A stretch of 64,000 nucleotides of DNA. Origin: Mobula hypostoma (Eukaryota). The notes under the pieces were generated by a model. That model searched no databases. It worked only from the letters and a program-made list of their open reading frames with translations, and had not been told where the DNA came from. The DNA is taken from the NCBI RefSeq assembly GCF_963921235.1, contig NC_086097.1:172796001-172860000 (forward strand), written 5' to 3'. A program made the translations under genes and the position numbers. Shown here in pieces: positions 49,830 through 62,931 of this stretch; position 1 is the stretch's first letter; each line of letters begins with the position of its first letter.

Positions 49830-50792
49830 TAGAGTATTGTGCACAGGATAGATATCAATAAATTTAAGAGAGTGCAGAGAAAATTTACAAGGATGTAGTT
49901 GGGACTTGAGGACCTAAGTTACAGGAAAAGGCTGAATAGGTCAGTACTTTATTTCCGTGAGTGGAGTGCAATGAGGGGAGACCTTATAGAGGTACACAGA
50001 TTTATGAGGGGTATTGATAGGGTAAATGCATGCAGGCTTTTCCTGCTGAGTTTGAGTGAGAATAAAATTAGATGTCATCGGTTTAGGGTGAAATAGTCAT
50101 AGTCATACTTTATTGATCCCGGGGGAAATTGGTTTTCATTACAGTTGCAGCATAAATAATTAAATAGTAATAAAACCATAAATAGTTAAATAGTAATATG
50201 TAAATTATGCCAGGAAATAAGTCCAGGACCAGCCTATTGGCTCTGGGTGTCTGACCCTCCAAGGGAGGAGTTGTAAAGTTTGCTGGACTCAGGCAGGAAT
50301 GACTTCCTATGACGCTCTGTGTTGCATCTCGGTGGAATGAGTCTCTGGCTGAATATATTCCTGTGCCCAAGCAGTCCATTATGTAGTGGATGGGAGATAT
50401 TGTCCAAGGTGGCATGCAACTTGGACAGCATCCTCTTTTCAGACACCACCGTAAGAGAATCCAGTTCCATCTCCACAATATCACTGGCCTTACGAATGAG
50501 TTTGTTGATTCTGTTGGTGTCTGCTACCCTCAGCCTGCTGCCCCAGCATTTGAGAGGATTCTTCTCACAGAGGGTGGGGCAGGTGTTGAACAGCTGCCAG
50601 CGGAAGTGGTAGATGCGGGTTCAATTGTAATATTTAGAAGTTTGGATAGGTATGTGGATGAAAAAGATATGGAAGGATGTAGTCTTGTTGCAGGTAGATG
50701 GGACAAAGCTGAAAACCAAGCCAGTGCAGTCTAGATGGGCCAAAGGGCCTTTTTCTGTGCTGTAGTGCTGTATAACACTGTGACTCTATGAC
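49830..50792 (+). mobile_element. CR1 3' fragment interrupted by a Rex1/Babar-type element
   Basis: MRGDLIEVHRFMRGIDRV before 50094; FFSQRVG..LPAEVVDAG after 50548. Confidence 0.8.
50094..50548 (-). mobile_element. Rex1/Babar-type LINE 3' end, same subfamily as 34815-35453
   Basis: ELDSLTVVSEKRMLSKLHA..RHRKSFLP; tagtcatagtcatactttatt tail. Confidence 0.9.
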
Positions 50793-51619
50793 TACCTCAC
50801 AGACAGATAATTTCAAATTTTAATGTGCCTGTATTTAACAAAATCCCCACATCCACCCTGTGCATTTGACCAATATTTCATATTTCATATCTATTTTTTC
50901 CATTATCTTGCACTCAGTTTTGAACATCCTTTCCACAACATGGATTCTATCAGTTCCTTGTGGACCATTTAATCCCTTCAAACACTTAGTTTTACAGTTC
51001 TCCCCACATTCTTATTAGCTCCACCAGGTTCCTTCCCTCACCCAAACCCTCGGGGAGATTTAGAAACAGAATCAGATTTATTATCATTGATTTACATTAT
51101 ATGGAATGAAATGTGTTGTTTTGTGGCAGTAATACAGAGCAAAGGCATAAAGTTACTAAAATAAATAGTGCAAAAAATAGAATAATAGGATTGTGTTCAT
51201 CAGCTTATAGATTTATGGGTTTATGGATCGTTTTGAAATCTGCTGGATGGAAAGAAGCTGTTGCTGAAATATTGAGTGTGAGTCTTCAGGCTCTTGTATC
51301 TCCTCCCTCATGATAGTAAAGAGGGGTGTTGGACTGAAACGTTAACTGTTTGTTCATTTCCATGGATGCTGCCTGACCTACTCAGTTCCTCCAGTATTTT
51401 TGTATGTTGGTAATGAGAAGAGGGCATGCCCTGGATGGTGAGGGTTCTTGCTGATGGATGCCACTGTCTTAAGATAGCCTTGATGGTAGAGACGGTTGTA
51501 ACCGTGATGGAACTGGCTTACTCTATAATTCTTTGCAACTTCTTGTAATCCTGTGCATTGGAGCTTCCAAACCAGGCTGTAATGCAGTCAGTCAGAATTT
51601 ATAGCAACTGATTAACTGC

Positions 51620-52540
51620 ATTTGGTGCTGTTAATGCAGTCTCCTCTGCATCAGTGATATCAGTGCAGACTAGGTGACCATTTCGCAGAGCCCTTATGCT
51701 CAATCCACAATGGCCACCCCGAGCTCCCAGTTGAAGGCCATTTCTACTCCAATAAGACCAGAGACAATAAAACATCAGAGCAGAATTAGGCCACTCAGTT
51801 CCATGAGTCCGTCCGTCATTTAATTATGGCTGATTTATTTTCTCCCTCAACCCTGTTCCCCTGTCTTCTCCATGTAACTTTTGATACACTTTATAAACAG
51901 GAGTCTATCAACCTCCTCTTTAAACACAGTAGTCCCAATAACTTTGCCTTCATAAATTCCTCCTCATCTTGGTTCTGAAGGGATATCCTTGTATTCTGAG
52001 GCTGGGGTCTTTGATCCTACTACTATTTAAAACATGCTCTCCACGGCCACTCTATCTAGACCTTTCAATATTTCTGTACTTTTCAATGAGTTCTTCCTGT
52101 ATTCTTCTAAACTTCAGTGAGGCAGACCCAGAACCATCAAATGCTCCTCATACATTGATCCTTTCATCCACGGAATCATTTTGTTAACATTCTCTGGATC
52201 CTCTCCAATGTCAGCACATTATTTCTTAGATATGGGACCCAAAACTGCTCAAAATACTCTTTAAGTATGGTGTGACCAATGCCTTATAAAACCTAACATT
52301 ACATCCTTGCTTTTATATTCTAGTCCCCTTTCCATTTCCACAGTGACCTGGCAATCCCTGACCTTCTCCACTGCAGGATGAGGTCAAATATAAATTGGAG
52401 GAACAATACATCATATTCCACCTGTGTAGGAGTGTTCTACGTCCTATGTTCCAGTCTACCAGAGCACAGACTGATCATGGTTTGATCATTGACATTTCCA
52501 ATTTCAGGTAACTCTTACCTCCTGTCTTCCTCTCATTTCC
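51620..52540 (+). mobile_element. Penelope-like GIY-YIG endonuclease remnant interrupted by a minus-strand CR1 (about 51752-52330)
   Basis: Frameshifted LLCISD..RLGDHFAEPLCSI..ELPVEGHFYS, resuming with KLEEQYIIFHL. Confidence 0.62.
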
Positions 52541-52544
52541 GCCT

Positions 52545-55500
52545 CCACCACCACCGCCGGCAGCCTATTCCAAGCACTCACCACTCTCTGCGTAAAAAAC
52601 TTACCCCAACATCTCCTCTGTACCTATTTCCAAGCACCTTAAAATTATGCCCTCTTGTGCTAGCCATTTCAGCCCTGGGAAAAAGCCTTTGACTATCCAC
52701 ACGATCAATGCCTCTCATTATCTTGTACACCTCTATCAGGTGTGACATACCTCATGGATGCCTTGTGACTGTCTTATGACCATGATGTAATTGAGTGTCT
52801 TATGAGCATGATGTAATGGTCTTGCGGAGGTCACATGATGTAATTTTCCCGCCAGTGTGGTCACATGATGATCTGTTCTCAACAGGTATATAAAAAGGAG
52901 ACCCCTGGTGATGCAGTTAGTTTTCAGTTTAGTTTTGTTGTTAGATACTCCGATTTGCTGCGTGTTCAGCTTATGACGCAGTTTTGTTTTAAAATGGAGT
53001 TCTACTTTCTGTTGTAAGTAGTATTGGAGAGTGAAGACCTTAGCAAAGTACAGGAACTCGCCGAGTCAAGTAAAGCTGATATCGTTTGGCGGTTTCGGAG
53101 AGGATTGACCTTTATTGAATCTTTGTTCAAGAAAGAGTGACCTGCAACTGAGATATCCCCTGCTAAAGTAGGAAGGATAGTGCAGTGTCTATTCTCCAGA
53201 GGAAAAGGTCAGTTCCTTTAAACCGTTTTATTTCCGTTGTTGTGAATCCTGCGGACAAGGCAGGTTCCGGATGGGATCAGCTGTAACGTCACGTCTTGGG
53301 AGGAATTCTTTACTTCAGGAAAGACTCTCCTAATTGACTTTATAAATCTCTTGGACTTTCGAATTTACCATTCTAAGAACTGTTTTCGCATTTACCCTTT
53401 TGAAGAACTGATCCAGAGCTGCCGTATAGCAGTTAACTTCCGGTTAAATTAGTCATTTGAATATTTTTCGCTATGGTTGATCAGAGTTTAATAAATGTTT
53501 GTTTGTTTTTATAAAACCTGACTCAATTGATATATTCATTGTTGCCGGTCACATGACACAGGTCACCTCTTATCCTCCGTCACTCCAAGGAGAAAAGGCC
53601 GAGTTCATTCAACCTATTCTCATAAGGCATGCTCCCCAATCAAGGCAACATCCTTGTAATTCTCCTCTGCACCCTTTCTATGGTTTCCACGTCCTTCCTG
53701 TAGTGAGGTGACCAGAATTGAGCACAGTACTCCAAGTGGGGTCTGAACAGGGTCCTGGTGACTTATCCAACTTGATGCTTTCCAAAAGCTCCAGCACATC
53801 CTCTTCCTTAATATCTACATGCTCAAACTTTTCAGTCCGCTGTAAGTCACCCCAACAATCACCAAGATCCTTTTCCGTAGTGAATACTGAAGCAAAGTAT
53901 TCAGTAAGTATGTCTGCTATCTTCTCCGGTTCCATACACACTTTTCCACTGTCACACTTGATTGGTCCTATTCTCTTGCGTCTTATCCTCTTGCTCTTCA
54001 TATACTTGTAGAACACCTTGGGGTTTTCCTTAATCCTGTCCGCCAAGGCCTTCTCATGGCCCCTTCTGGCTCTCCAAATTTCATTCTTAAGCTCCTACCT
54101 GCTAACCCTATAATCTTCAAGATCTCTATCATTACTAGTTTTTTGAACCTTTCATAAGCTCTTCCTTTCCTCTTGACTAGATTTACAACAGCCTTTGTAC
54201 ACCACGGTTCCTGTACCCTACCATCCTTTCCCTGTCTCATTGGAACATACCTATGCAGAACCCCACGCAAGTATCCCCTGAATATTTGCCACATTTCTTC
54301 TGTACATTTCCCTGAGAACATCTGTTTCCAATTTATGCTTCCAAATTCCTGCCTGATAGCTTCATATTTTCCCTTACTCCAATCAAACATTTCCCTAACG
54401 TTTCTGTTCCTATCCCTCTCCAATGCTATGGTAAAGGAGATAGAATTTTGATCACTAGCTCCAAAATGCTCTCCCACTGAAACCTGACTCCTAACCAGGT
54501 TCATTTTCCATAACCAGATCAAGTATAGCCTCTCTCCTCTTGTAGGCTTATCTACATATTGTGTCAAGAAACCTTCCTGAACACCCCTAACAAACTCCAC
54601 TCCATCTAAACCCCTCGCTCCAAGGAGATGCCAATTAATATTTGGGAAATTAAAATCTTCCACCACAACAACCCTGTTATTGTTACACCTTTGCAGAATC
54701 TGTCTCCCTATCTGCTCCTCGGTGTCCCTGTTACTACTATTGTGTAGTCTATAAAAAACACCCAGTAGAGTTATTGACCCCTTTCTCTCCTAACTTCCAC
54801 CCACAGAGACTCCTTGGACAACCCCTCCATGACTTCCTCCTTTTCTGCAGCCATGACACTATCTCTGATCAGCAGTGCTATACCCCTACTTCTTTTGCCT
54901 CCCTCCCTCTCCTTTCTGAAACATCTAAAGTCTGGCACTTGAAGTAGCCATTCCTGCCCCTGCATCATCCAAGTCTCTGTAATGGCCACAACTTCATAGC
55001 TCCAAGTGCTGATCCACACTATTAGCTCATCCGCTTTGTTCATAATACTCCTTGCTTTAAAATGGACACATCTCGAACCATCTGTTTGAGCACGTACCTT
55101 CTCTGTCACCTGCCTGTCCTCCCTTTCGCACTGTCTCCAAGCTTTCTCTATTTGTGAGACAACCTCCCCTTCGTCTGTTACATCAGTTTGGTTCCCACCC
55201 CCCAGCAGTTCGAGTTTAAACTCTCCCCAGTAGCCTTAGCAAACCTCCCCGCCAGGATATTGGTCCCCCTGGGATTCATGTGCAGCCCATCCTTTTTGTA
55301 CAGGTCACACCTGCCCCAAAAGAGATCCCAATGATCCAGAAATCTGAATCCCTACCCCCTGCTCCAAACCCTCAGCCGCGCATTTATCCTCCACCTCATT
55401 CTATTTCTATACTCACTGTGGTGTGAGATTATTCCTTTGAGGTCCTGCTTCTCAACTTCCTTCCTAACTCCCTATAGTCTGTTTTCAGGACCTCCTCCCT

Positions 55501-55712
55501 TTTCCTACCTATGTCGTTGGTACCAATATGTACCCACTTCAAGATTCATGGACGCAATCAGGAACATTCCGGACCCTGGCACCTGGGAGGCAAACTACCA
55601 TCCATGTTTCTTTCCTGCATCTGCAGAATGGCCTGTCTGACCCCCTAACTATAGAGTCCCCTATCACTGCTTCCCTCTTTTTTTCTTTCCCTACCCTTCT
55701 GAGCCACAGGGC
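52545..55712 (-). mobile_element. CR1 (ORF1 esterase part, endonuclease, 3' part) lacking the RT core and carrying a solo LTR
   Basis: VIGDSIVRG..VVCLPGARV; HFKARSIMNK..VAITETW; DFNFPNINW; KLDKSPGP joined directly to L(F/V)RPHLEYC at about 53750. Confidence 0.9.
52741..53558 (+). mobile_element. Solo LTR (818 bp), probably Ty3/Gypsy-type
   Basis: TGT...ACA ends; TSD cagg (52737-52740, 53559-53562) splitting CR1 ctctatcaggtcacctct; TATATAAAAA at 52887; AATAAA at 53490. Confidence 0.88.
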
Positions 55713-56264
55713 CATACTATGTTGCATTCTGTATTTCTTTTCCTTTTGTACTACATTGATGTACTAATTCGTCAAAATGATCTGTATGGATGGCATGAAA
55801 ATCCTAGTTTTTCACGGTACCTCAGTACTTGTGACAATAACAAACCAACTTCTACCAATTTACCAATTAAATATGTGGTTCCATGTTGCTGCCATTACAG
55901 GGTAATACCTGAAATAGAAGGGTTAAGTTTTGAGAACAGATTTTGCAGACAGGTTTATCGTCCTCAAAATATATAATATTAAGCAGGGATCTAAGATGAT
56001 GAAAGTTACTGTTAGGGTGGAAAGACAGAAACTATTTCCTCTGGTGACTGGAGACCGGAACATTAAAATTAGATCCAGACCCATCCAGCAGTGATGCCCG
56101 GAAGCACTTCACACAAACAGTGATGTAAGTTTTACTTATTCATTCACAGGACATGCACACTATCAGCAAGGCCAGCAGTTATTGCCTATTCTGAAATGCC
56201 CTGTACTGAGTAATTTGTTTGGCCATTTTAGAGGCCAGTTAAAAGCCTGGAGTCACATACTCAA

Positions 56265-57040
56265 AAGAATGCAGAGAGGATTTATGAGTTGTTGCTGGTA
56301 CGTGAGGCCTTGAGTTATAGGGAGAGGTTGGGGAGATTAAGACTTTATTTCTTGGAGCGTAGGAGACTGAGAGGTGACCTTACAGAGGTGTATGCTGGTG
56401 AGGCTGCATTTGGAGTATTGTGTTCAGTTTTTGTTGCCATGCTAGAAGAAAGATGGTGTTAAACTGGAAAGAGTGCAGAAAAGACTTACAAGGTTGTTGC
56501 CAGGTCTCGAGGGACTGAGCTACAGACAGAAGTTGGACAGGCTAGGAAGTTTTTCCTTGAAGCATAGGAGACTGAAAGGTGATCTAATAGAGATGTATAA
56601 AAACGTGCAACACACACAAAATACCGAAAGAACTCAGCAGGCCAGGCAGCACCTATGGAAAAAAGGTACAGTCAACATACCAGCCCGAAACCCTTTGGCA
56701 GGACTGGCAGGACTCTCTTGTTCGTGATGTATAAAATCATGAGGGGTATAGATAGGGTGAACATTCAGTATTCTTCCCAGGGCTGGAGAAGCAAGGAATA
56801 GAGGACATTGGTTTAGCGTGAGAGGGGAGAGATAATAGGAACCTTAGGGATAACTTTAATCCAGAGGGAAGTCAGCATATGAAATGAGCTGGCAGAGGAG
56901 TGGTAGAGTCAGGGACATAAATAAAATTTAAAAGACACTTTGACTGGTTTAAAGGGGTGTGGACCTATTGCAGACAAATGGGACTAGTTTAAACAGGGTT
57001 CTTGGCATGAATGAGTTGGGGGTAACAGTCCCGTATTTGT
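56265..57040 (+). mobile_element. Tandem CR1 3' fragments with a Penelope-like terminus (56603-56725, -) inserted
   Basis: QKRLTRLLPGLEGLSYRQKLDRLG..KGDLIEMYK; gatgtataaaa duplicated at 56592-56602 and 56726-56736. Confidence 0.78.
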
Positions 57041-57724
57041 GTGCATACAGTGGATTTCCTTCTCTGGAGGAGATCAGTGAATCTAGTGGATTATTATTTC
57101 CAATATTTTCATTGTCTCCATATTGATACCAGTCATTATTTTAATTCCAGATCTAATTATTTGAATTATGTATTGTCTGGCTGTTAGGGTGGGATTTGAA
57201 CTAGTGTTTCCACATTAATATGTAGCTTTGGGTATCCATCAAATCACTATAAAGAACTCCTACTCCAGAAACTTGCATTTGGTAGTTGGTTTATTATTGT
57301 CACATGATACAATGAAAAGATTTTGTATATATGCATCCAGACAGTTCATTCCAAATATAAGTCCATTAAGGTAGTACAGAAGGAAGTGGAAAACAAAAAC
57401 AGAATACAGAAAATAGTGTTACAGTTACAGAGAAAGTGCAGTGTAGGCAGAAAAAAATGCAAGGGCCATGATGAGATAGATTGGGAGATCAAGACTTCAT
57501 CTTTTTCACTGTTCCTAACTCTTTTATCATTGGGCTAGTAGCTGTCCTTGAAACTTGTGTTACCTGTTCTCAAGCGTTTATATATTCTGCCTGATGGAAG
57601 ATTGAAGAAGAGAGATTAACGAGAGTGGAAAGGCATTGATAATGTTGGCTGCTTTCCGAAGACGTTTTGCTAATTAAAGCATTCATTAATTGCTGATTAA
57701 TGCATCAAGGAAAACTGAGACATC

Positions 57725-58317
57725 AAGGTGAGTGCAGAAGGCGAGCGAGAGTTCAGTGCCAACTACCTTTCTTTTGATCACTGCCGAGGAGGAGTCTGTG
57801 AGGGGCCTATTGCTGTGTGACTCGCTGTGACAGGTGGATAGATGTCTCAAGTGGTTTCCCCCTCTTCCAGTGTTGAAAGAGGATGTTACTGTGGTTCTGC
57901 ATTATGTATTGGACTATTTTGTTTATGGACTGTGGACTTTCTCAGACGGTTTATATTTTCTGTGGTATTTTTACCGATTTCTTTCCATTTTGTTGTGCAA
58001 GGGGAGGGGGTTCAGGAATCGATGTTCTTGTTCCATTGTGTACGGGGGAGGGGGTTTGGAGTTGATGTTCTTGTTGAGCTTGGTTAGCTTTTTGTGCGAG
58101 AGGAGTGGTTTTGGGAGTTGATGTTCTTGTTTTGAGCACGAGGAGTGGGGTTTGGCGGTTGATGATCAGGATACCATTCTTTTATGTGAGGGGTTTGATG
58201 TTTCTCTCTGAATGACTTTCATGTCTGTCTTTGTTTTGTGGCTATCTGGAGAAGACATGTAACAGAGTTGTATACGGCTACATACGTTGATAATAAATGA
58301 AAATTTGAACCTTTGAA
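57725..58317 (+). mobile_element. Non-coding SINE-like retroelement with GT-rich internal repeats
   Basis: Repeated ggggtttgg..gttgatgttcttgtt units; ends gataataaatg..tttgaacctttgaa; no credible ORF. Confidence 0.5.
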
Positions 58318-58520
58318 TATTGGGAAGTGAAGGCAGAGTCAATGGAGGGGAGGCTAATTTTTGTGATTGACTGGGCTGTGTTCACAACTCCTAAAGTTTC
58401 TTGTGATGCTGGGCAGAGCAGTTGCAATCTGTGATACATTAGGTTAGGATGCTTTCTATGGGGCACCTGTAAAAACTGGTGAGAGTTGTGTATTTAATAT
58501 TTCAGTAACATTTTACAAGG

Positions 58521-59439
58521 ATTGAGGCATGACTGGGCAGGCGCGTGGACGTCAGCAAGTTAGACTGGCAGGAAGAGTTTAAAAGGAGATAATTTTTTCT
58601 TCAGCGGTTTGATCGATGCATGAATGTGCGGGTTTGTGGACGTCAGTGAGTTAGACCAGCGGGAAAAGTGTAAAAGATCATTTTTTTGTTCAGCAGTTTG
58701 ATCGAGGCACGAGGTGAGTGGACGTCAGCGAGTTAAACGGGCGAGAAGAATTTGAAAAGAAGACAGCTTTATAGAGCGGGCAACAGAGTAGAGGGAGTCA
58801 GAGTAGGAGGCCTTTGGCTCAACAGGGCTTCGGCGATAACAGGTCGAGGCGAGGTCAGTTACTTGTGAAGAATAGGAATGGGAAGTGTGTCTGTGTAGCC
58901 GGTGTTCTGCACTGGGTGTCAGATGTGGGATGTCTGGGAGACGGCCATCCTCCTGGACGGCCACATCTGTGCCATGTGCATTGAGCTGCAGCTCCTTAGG
59001 GACTGGGTTAGGGAACTGGAGATGCGGCTTGATAACCTTTGTCTGGTCAGGGAAAGTAAGGAGCTGATAGAGAGGAGCTACAGGCAAGTAGTCACACCGG
59101 GGCATCAGGAGACAGATAAGTGAGTAACAGGAGAGGGAAGGGCAAGAGTCAGAAACTAGAGAGTACCCCTGTTGCTGTCCCTCTTAAAAATAAGTACTCC
59201 TGTTTGAGTACTGTTGGGGAGGGGGACCTATCTGGGGTAAGCAACAGTGGCCACACCTCTGGCACAGTCTGGCCCTATGGCTCAGAAGGGTAGGGAGAGG
59301 AAGAGGATGGCAGCAGTGATAGGGGACTCTATAGTTAGGAGGGCATACAGGCGATTCTGTGGATGCAGGAAAGAAACACAGATGGTAGTTTGCTTACCAG
59401 GTACCAGGGTCCGGGATGTTTCTGATCACATCCACGATA
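58521..59439 (+). mobile_element. CR1 element A, 5' portion (tandem-monomer 5' UTR and ORF1 N-terminus)
   Basis: CTGCQMWDV..CAMCIELQLLRDWVRELEMRLDNL; VIGDSIVR..MVVCLPGTRVRDVSDHIHD. Confidence 0.9.
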
Positions 59440-62400
59440 AGGATACCTGGATGGTGTGTTGCCTCCCTGGTGCCACAGTACGGGATGTCTCAGATCAGGT
59501 CCAGAGTATTCTGAGGAGAGAGGATGAGCAGCCAGAAGTCTTGGTACATGTTGGTACCAATGGCATAGTTAGAAAAAGAGAGGTCCTGAAGGAAGATTAC
59601 TAGGAGCTAGGAAGAAAATTGAAAAGCCGGACCTCCAGAGTAATAATCTCAGGATTACTGCCTGAGCCACATGCTAATGAAGGTAAGAATAGCAGAATTA
59701 AGCAGATGAATATGTGGCTAAGTAACTGGTGCAGGGGGCAGGGCTTCAAATTCTTGGATCATTGGGATCTATTTTGGGGAGGTATGACTTATACAAAAAT
59801 GATGGGTTACACCTGAACTGAAAGGGTATTAATATCCTGGTGGGATTGTTTAATATAGCTGTTAGGGAGGGTTTAAACTAAGTTGGCAGGGGGAAGGAAA
59901 CCAGGGTATTAGGGTCGAGGAAGAGGAAAATAGAAATAAGTCAAAGATACTGTGCAGTAAAGATGGTAAGAAGGACAGGCAGGTGAATAGACAGGATAAT
60001 TTGCTGTGTGACAGAAATAAAGCAAAATCGGTAACAGATACTGATCTAAATGTACTGTACTTAAATGCACGCAGCATTGGAAATAACGTGGATGACCTTC
60101 TTGTACAGCTATAGTTTGAAAGATATGACATTGTGGCCATCACCGAGTCATGGCAAAATGATGGATGTGATTGGGAGCTGAATGTCCAAGGATACACAGT
60201 GTATAGGAAAGATAGGAAGGTAAGTAAAGTGGGTGGCGTGGCCCTGATGGTAAGCAACAATTTCAAATCACTAGAAAGAAGGGACATAGGATCAGAAGAG
60301 ATAGAATCCTTATAGGTCGAGTTAAGAAATGGCAAGGGTAAAAAGACACTAACAGCAGTTATATACAGGCCTCCAAACAGCAGTGGGATGTGGACTACAA
60401 GTTACAGCTGGAATTAGAAAAAACGTATCAAAAGGAGAATGTCAAGATAATTATGGGGGATTTTAATATGAAAGTGGATTGAGAAAGTCAGGAAGATACT
60501 GGATCTCAGGAGGGGGAGTTTGTAGAATACCTACAGGATGGCTTTTTGGAGCAGCTTGTCCATAATCCCACCAGGGGATCGGCTGTTTTGGATTGGGTGC
60601 TGTGTAATGAACCTGAGGCGATTAGGGAGTTGGAGGTAATGGAAGCCCTTGGAAGTAGTGATCATAATATGACTGAGTTCAGTTTCAAATTTGAAAAGGA
60701 GAAGCTGGTATCAGGTGTATCGATATTTCAGTGGACACAAAGGAAATTACTGTGGTATGAGAGAGGAACTGGCCCAAGTCGATTGGAAAAGTAAGCTAGA
60801 TGGAGGGACAGTAGAGCAGAATTGGATGAAATTCCTACAAGAAATAAGGAAAGTGCAGGAAAAATATATTCCAAGAAAGAAGAAAATCATGAGTGGAAAA
60901 ATGGCACAAATGTGGCTAACGAGAGAGGTTAAGGCTAAAATAAAAGCAAAAGAGGCGGCGTACAAGGAAGCAAAAATTAGTGGGAAAACTGAGGACTGGA
61001 CGACTTTTAAAAACTTACAGAAGGAAACTAAGAAAGTCATTAGGAAAGAAAAGATGAGTTATGAAAGGAAATTGGCAATTAATGTAAAAAAGGATACTAA
61101 GAGTTTTTTTTTAAATATATGAAGAGTAAAAGAGTGACATGGGTAGATATAGGACCAATTGAAAATGGTGCTGGAGAAATTATAATGGGTAACAAAGAGA
61201 TAGCAGAGGAACTAAATGAGTATTTTGCATCAGTCTTCACAGTGGAAGACATTAGCAACATACCTGATAGCCAGAGGTCTCAGGGAATAGAATTAGGTAC
61301 AATCAAGATTACTAGAGAGAAAGTGCTTGGGAAACTAAATGGACTAGGAATAGATAAGTCTCCTGGACCAGATGAGGTGCACCCACGGGTTCTGAAGGAG
61401 GTGGCTTTGGAGATTGTGTAAGCATTGGAAATGATGTTCCAGGAATCAATAGACTCTGGCATGGTTCCGGAGGACTGGAAGGTGGCAAGTGTAGTTCCGC
61501 TGTTTAAGAAAGGAGGGAGGCAGCAAAAAGAAAATTACAGACCTATTAGTCTGACATCAATAGTTGGAAAGTTATTGGAATCAATCCTCAGGGACGAGGT
61601 TATGAAATACCTCGAGGTGCATGACAAGATAGACCCAAGCCAGTATGGTTTCATGATGAGAAGATCCTGCTTCGCCAACCTATTGGAATTTTTTGAGGTA
61701 ATCTCAAATAAGATTGACAAGGGAGAGGCTGTGGATGTTGTATATTTGGATTTTCAAAAGGCCCTTTGATAAGGTGCTGCATAAGAGGCTGCTTAATAAG
61801 ATGAGAGCCCATGGAATTACAGGAAAGATATTGAAATGGGTGGAGCATTGGCTGATAGGCAGAAAGCAAAGGGTTGGAATAAAGGGATCCTATTCTGATT
61901 GGTTGCCGGTTACTAGTGGTGTTCCGCAGGGGTCGGTGTTGGGGCCACTTCTTTTTCCAATATATATTGATGATTTAGATTATCGATTAAATGGTTTTGT
62001 GGCTAAGTTTGCGGATGACACCCAGATAGGTGGAGGAGCAGAGTGTGTTGAAGAAACAGAAAGGTTGCAGGGAGACTTGGTCAGTTTAGGAGAGTGGGCA
62101 AAGAAATGGCAGATGAAATGCAATGTTGAGAAATGTACTGTTGTACATTTTGGAAGAAGAAATAATTGGGCAGATTATTATTTGGATGGGGAGAAAATTC
62201 AAAAATCGGAAGTGCAAAGGGACTTGGGGTTCCTCGTGCAGGATACCCTAAAGATGAACCATCCAAGTTGGATCAGCAGTAGGGAAAGCGAATGCTATGT
62301 TGGCATTCATTTCAAGAGGAATAGTGTATGAGTAAGGAGGTGTTGATGAGGCTCTATGGGGCATTAGTGAGACCTCATTTGGAATACTGTGTGCAGTTTT

Positions 62401-62931
62401 GGGCCCCCTATCTTAGAAGGGATGTATTGATGTCGGAGAGAGTTCAGAGAAGATTTACAAGGATGATTCCTGGAATGCAGGGCCTAACATATGAGGAGCA
62501 TTTGTCAGCTCTTGGACTGTATTCATTAGAGTATAGAAGAATGAGAGGGGATCTCATGGAAACATTTCGAATATTGAAAGGGTTGGACAGAGTAGATGTG
62601 GAAAGGCTGTTTCCCTTGGTGGGTGAGTCCAGGACAAGAGGCCAAAGTCTAAGAATTAGAGGGTACCCATTTAAAACAGAGGTGAGGAGAAATTTTTTTA
62701 GCCAGAGGGTCGTGGATTTATGGAATTCGTTGCCACATACAGCTGTGGAGGCCCGATCATTAAGGGTGTTTAAGGAGGAGATTGATAGGTATCTAATTAG
62801 TCAGGGTATCAGGGGATGTGGGGAAAAAGCTGGAAATTGGAAGTAGATGGGAGAATAGTTTAGCTCATGGTGGAGTGGTGGAGCAGACTCGATGGGGCAA
62901 ATGGCCTACTTCTGCTCCTTTGTCTTGTGAA
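59440..62931 (+). mobile_element. CR1 element B (ORF1 C-terminal half, ORF2, 3' end) inserted into element A
   Basis: HVGTNG, LYLNARSI, AITESW, GSSDHNM, KSPGPDEVHPRVLKE, YLDFQKA, GVPQGSVLGP, KFADDT, ORF 62328..62846; tail tcttgtga; gata at 59436-59439 and 62932-62935. Confidence 0.93.
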
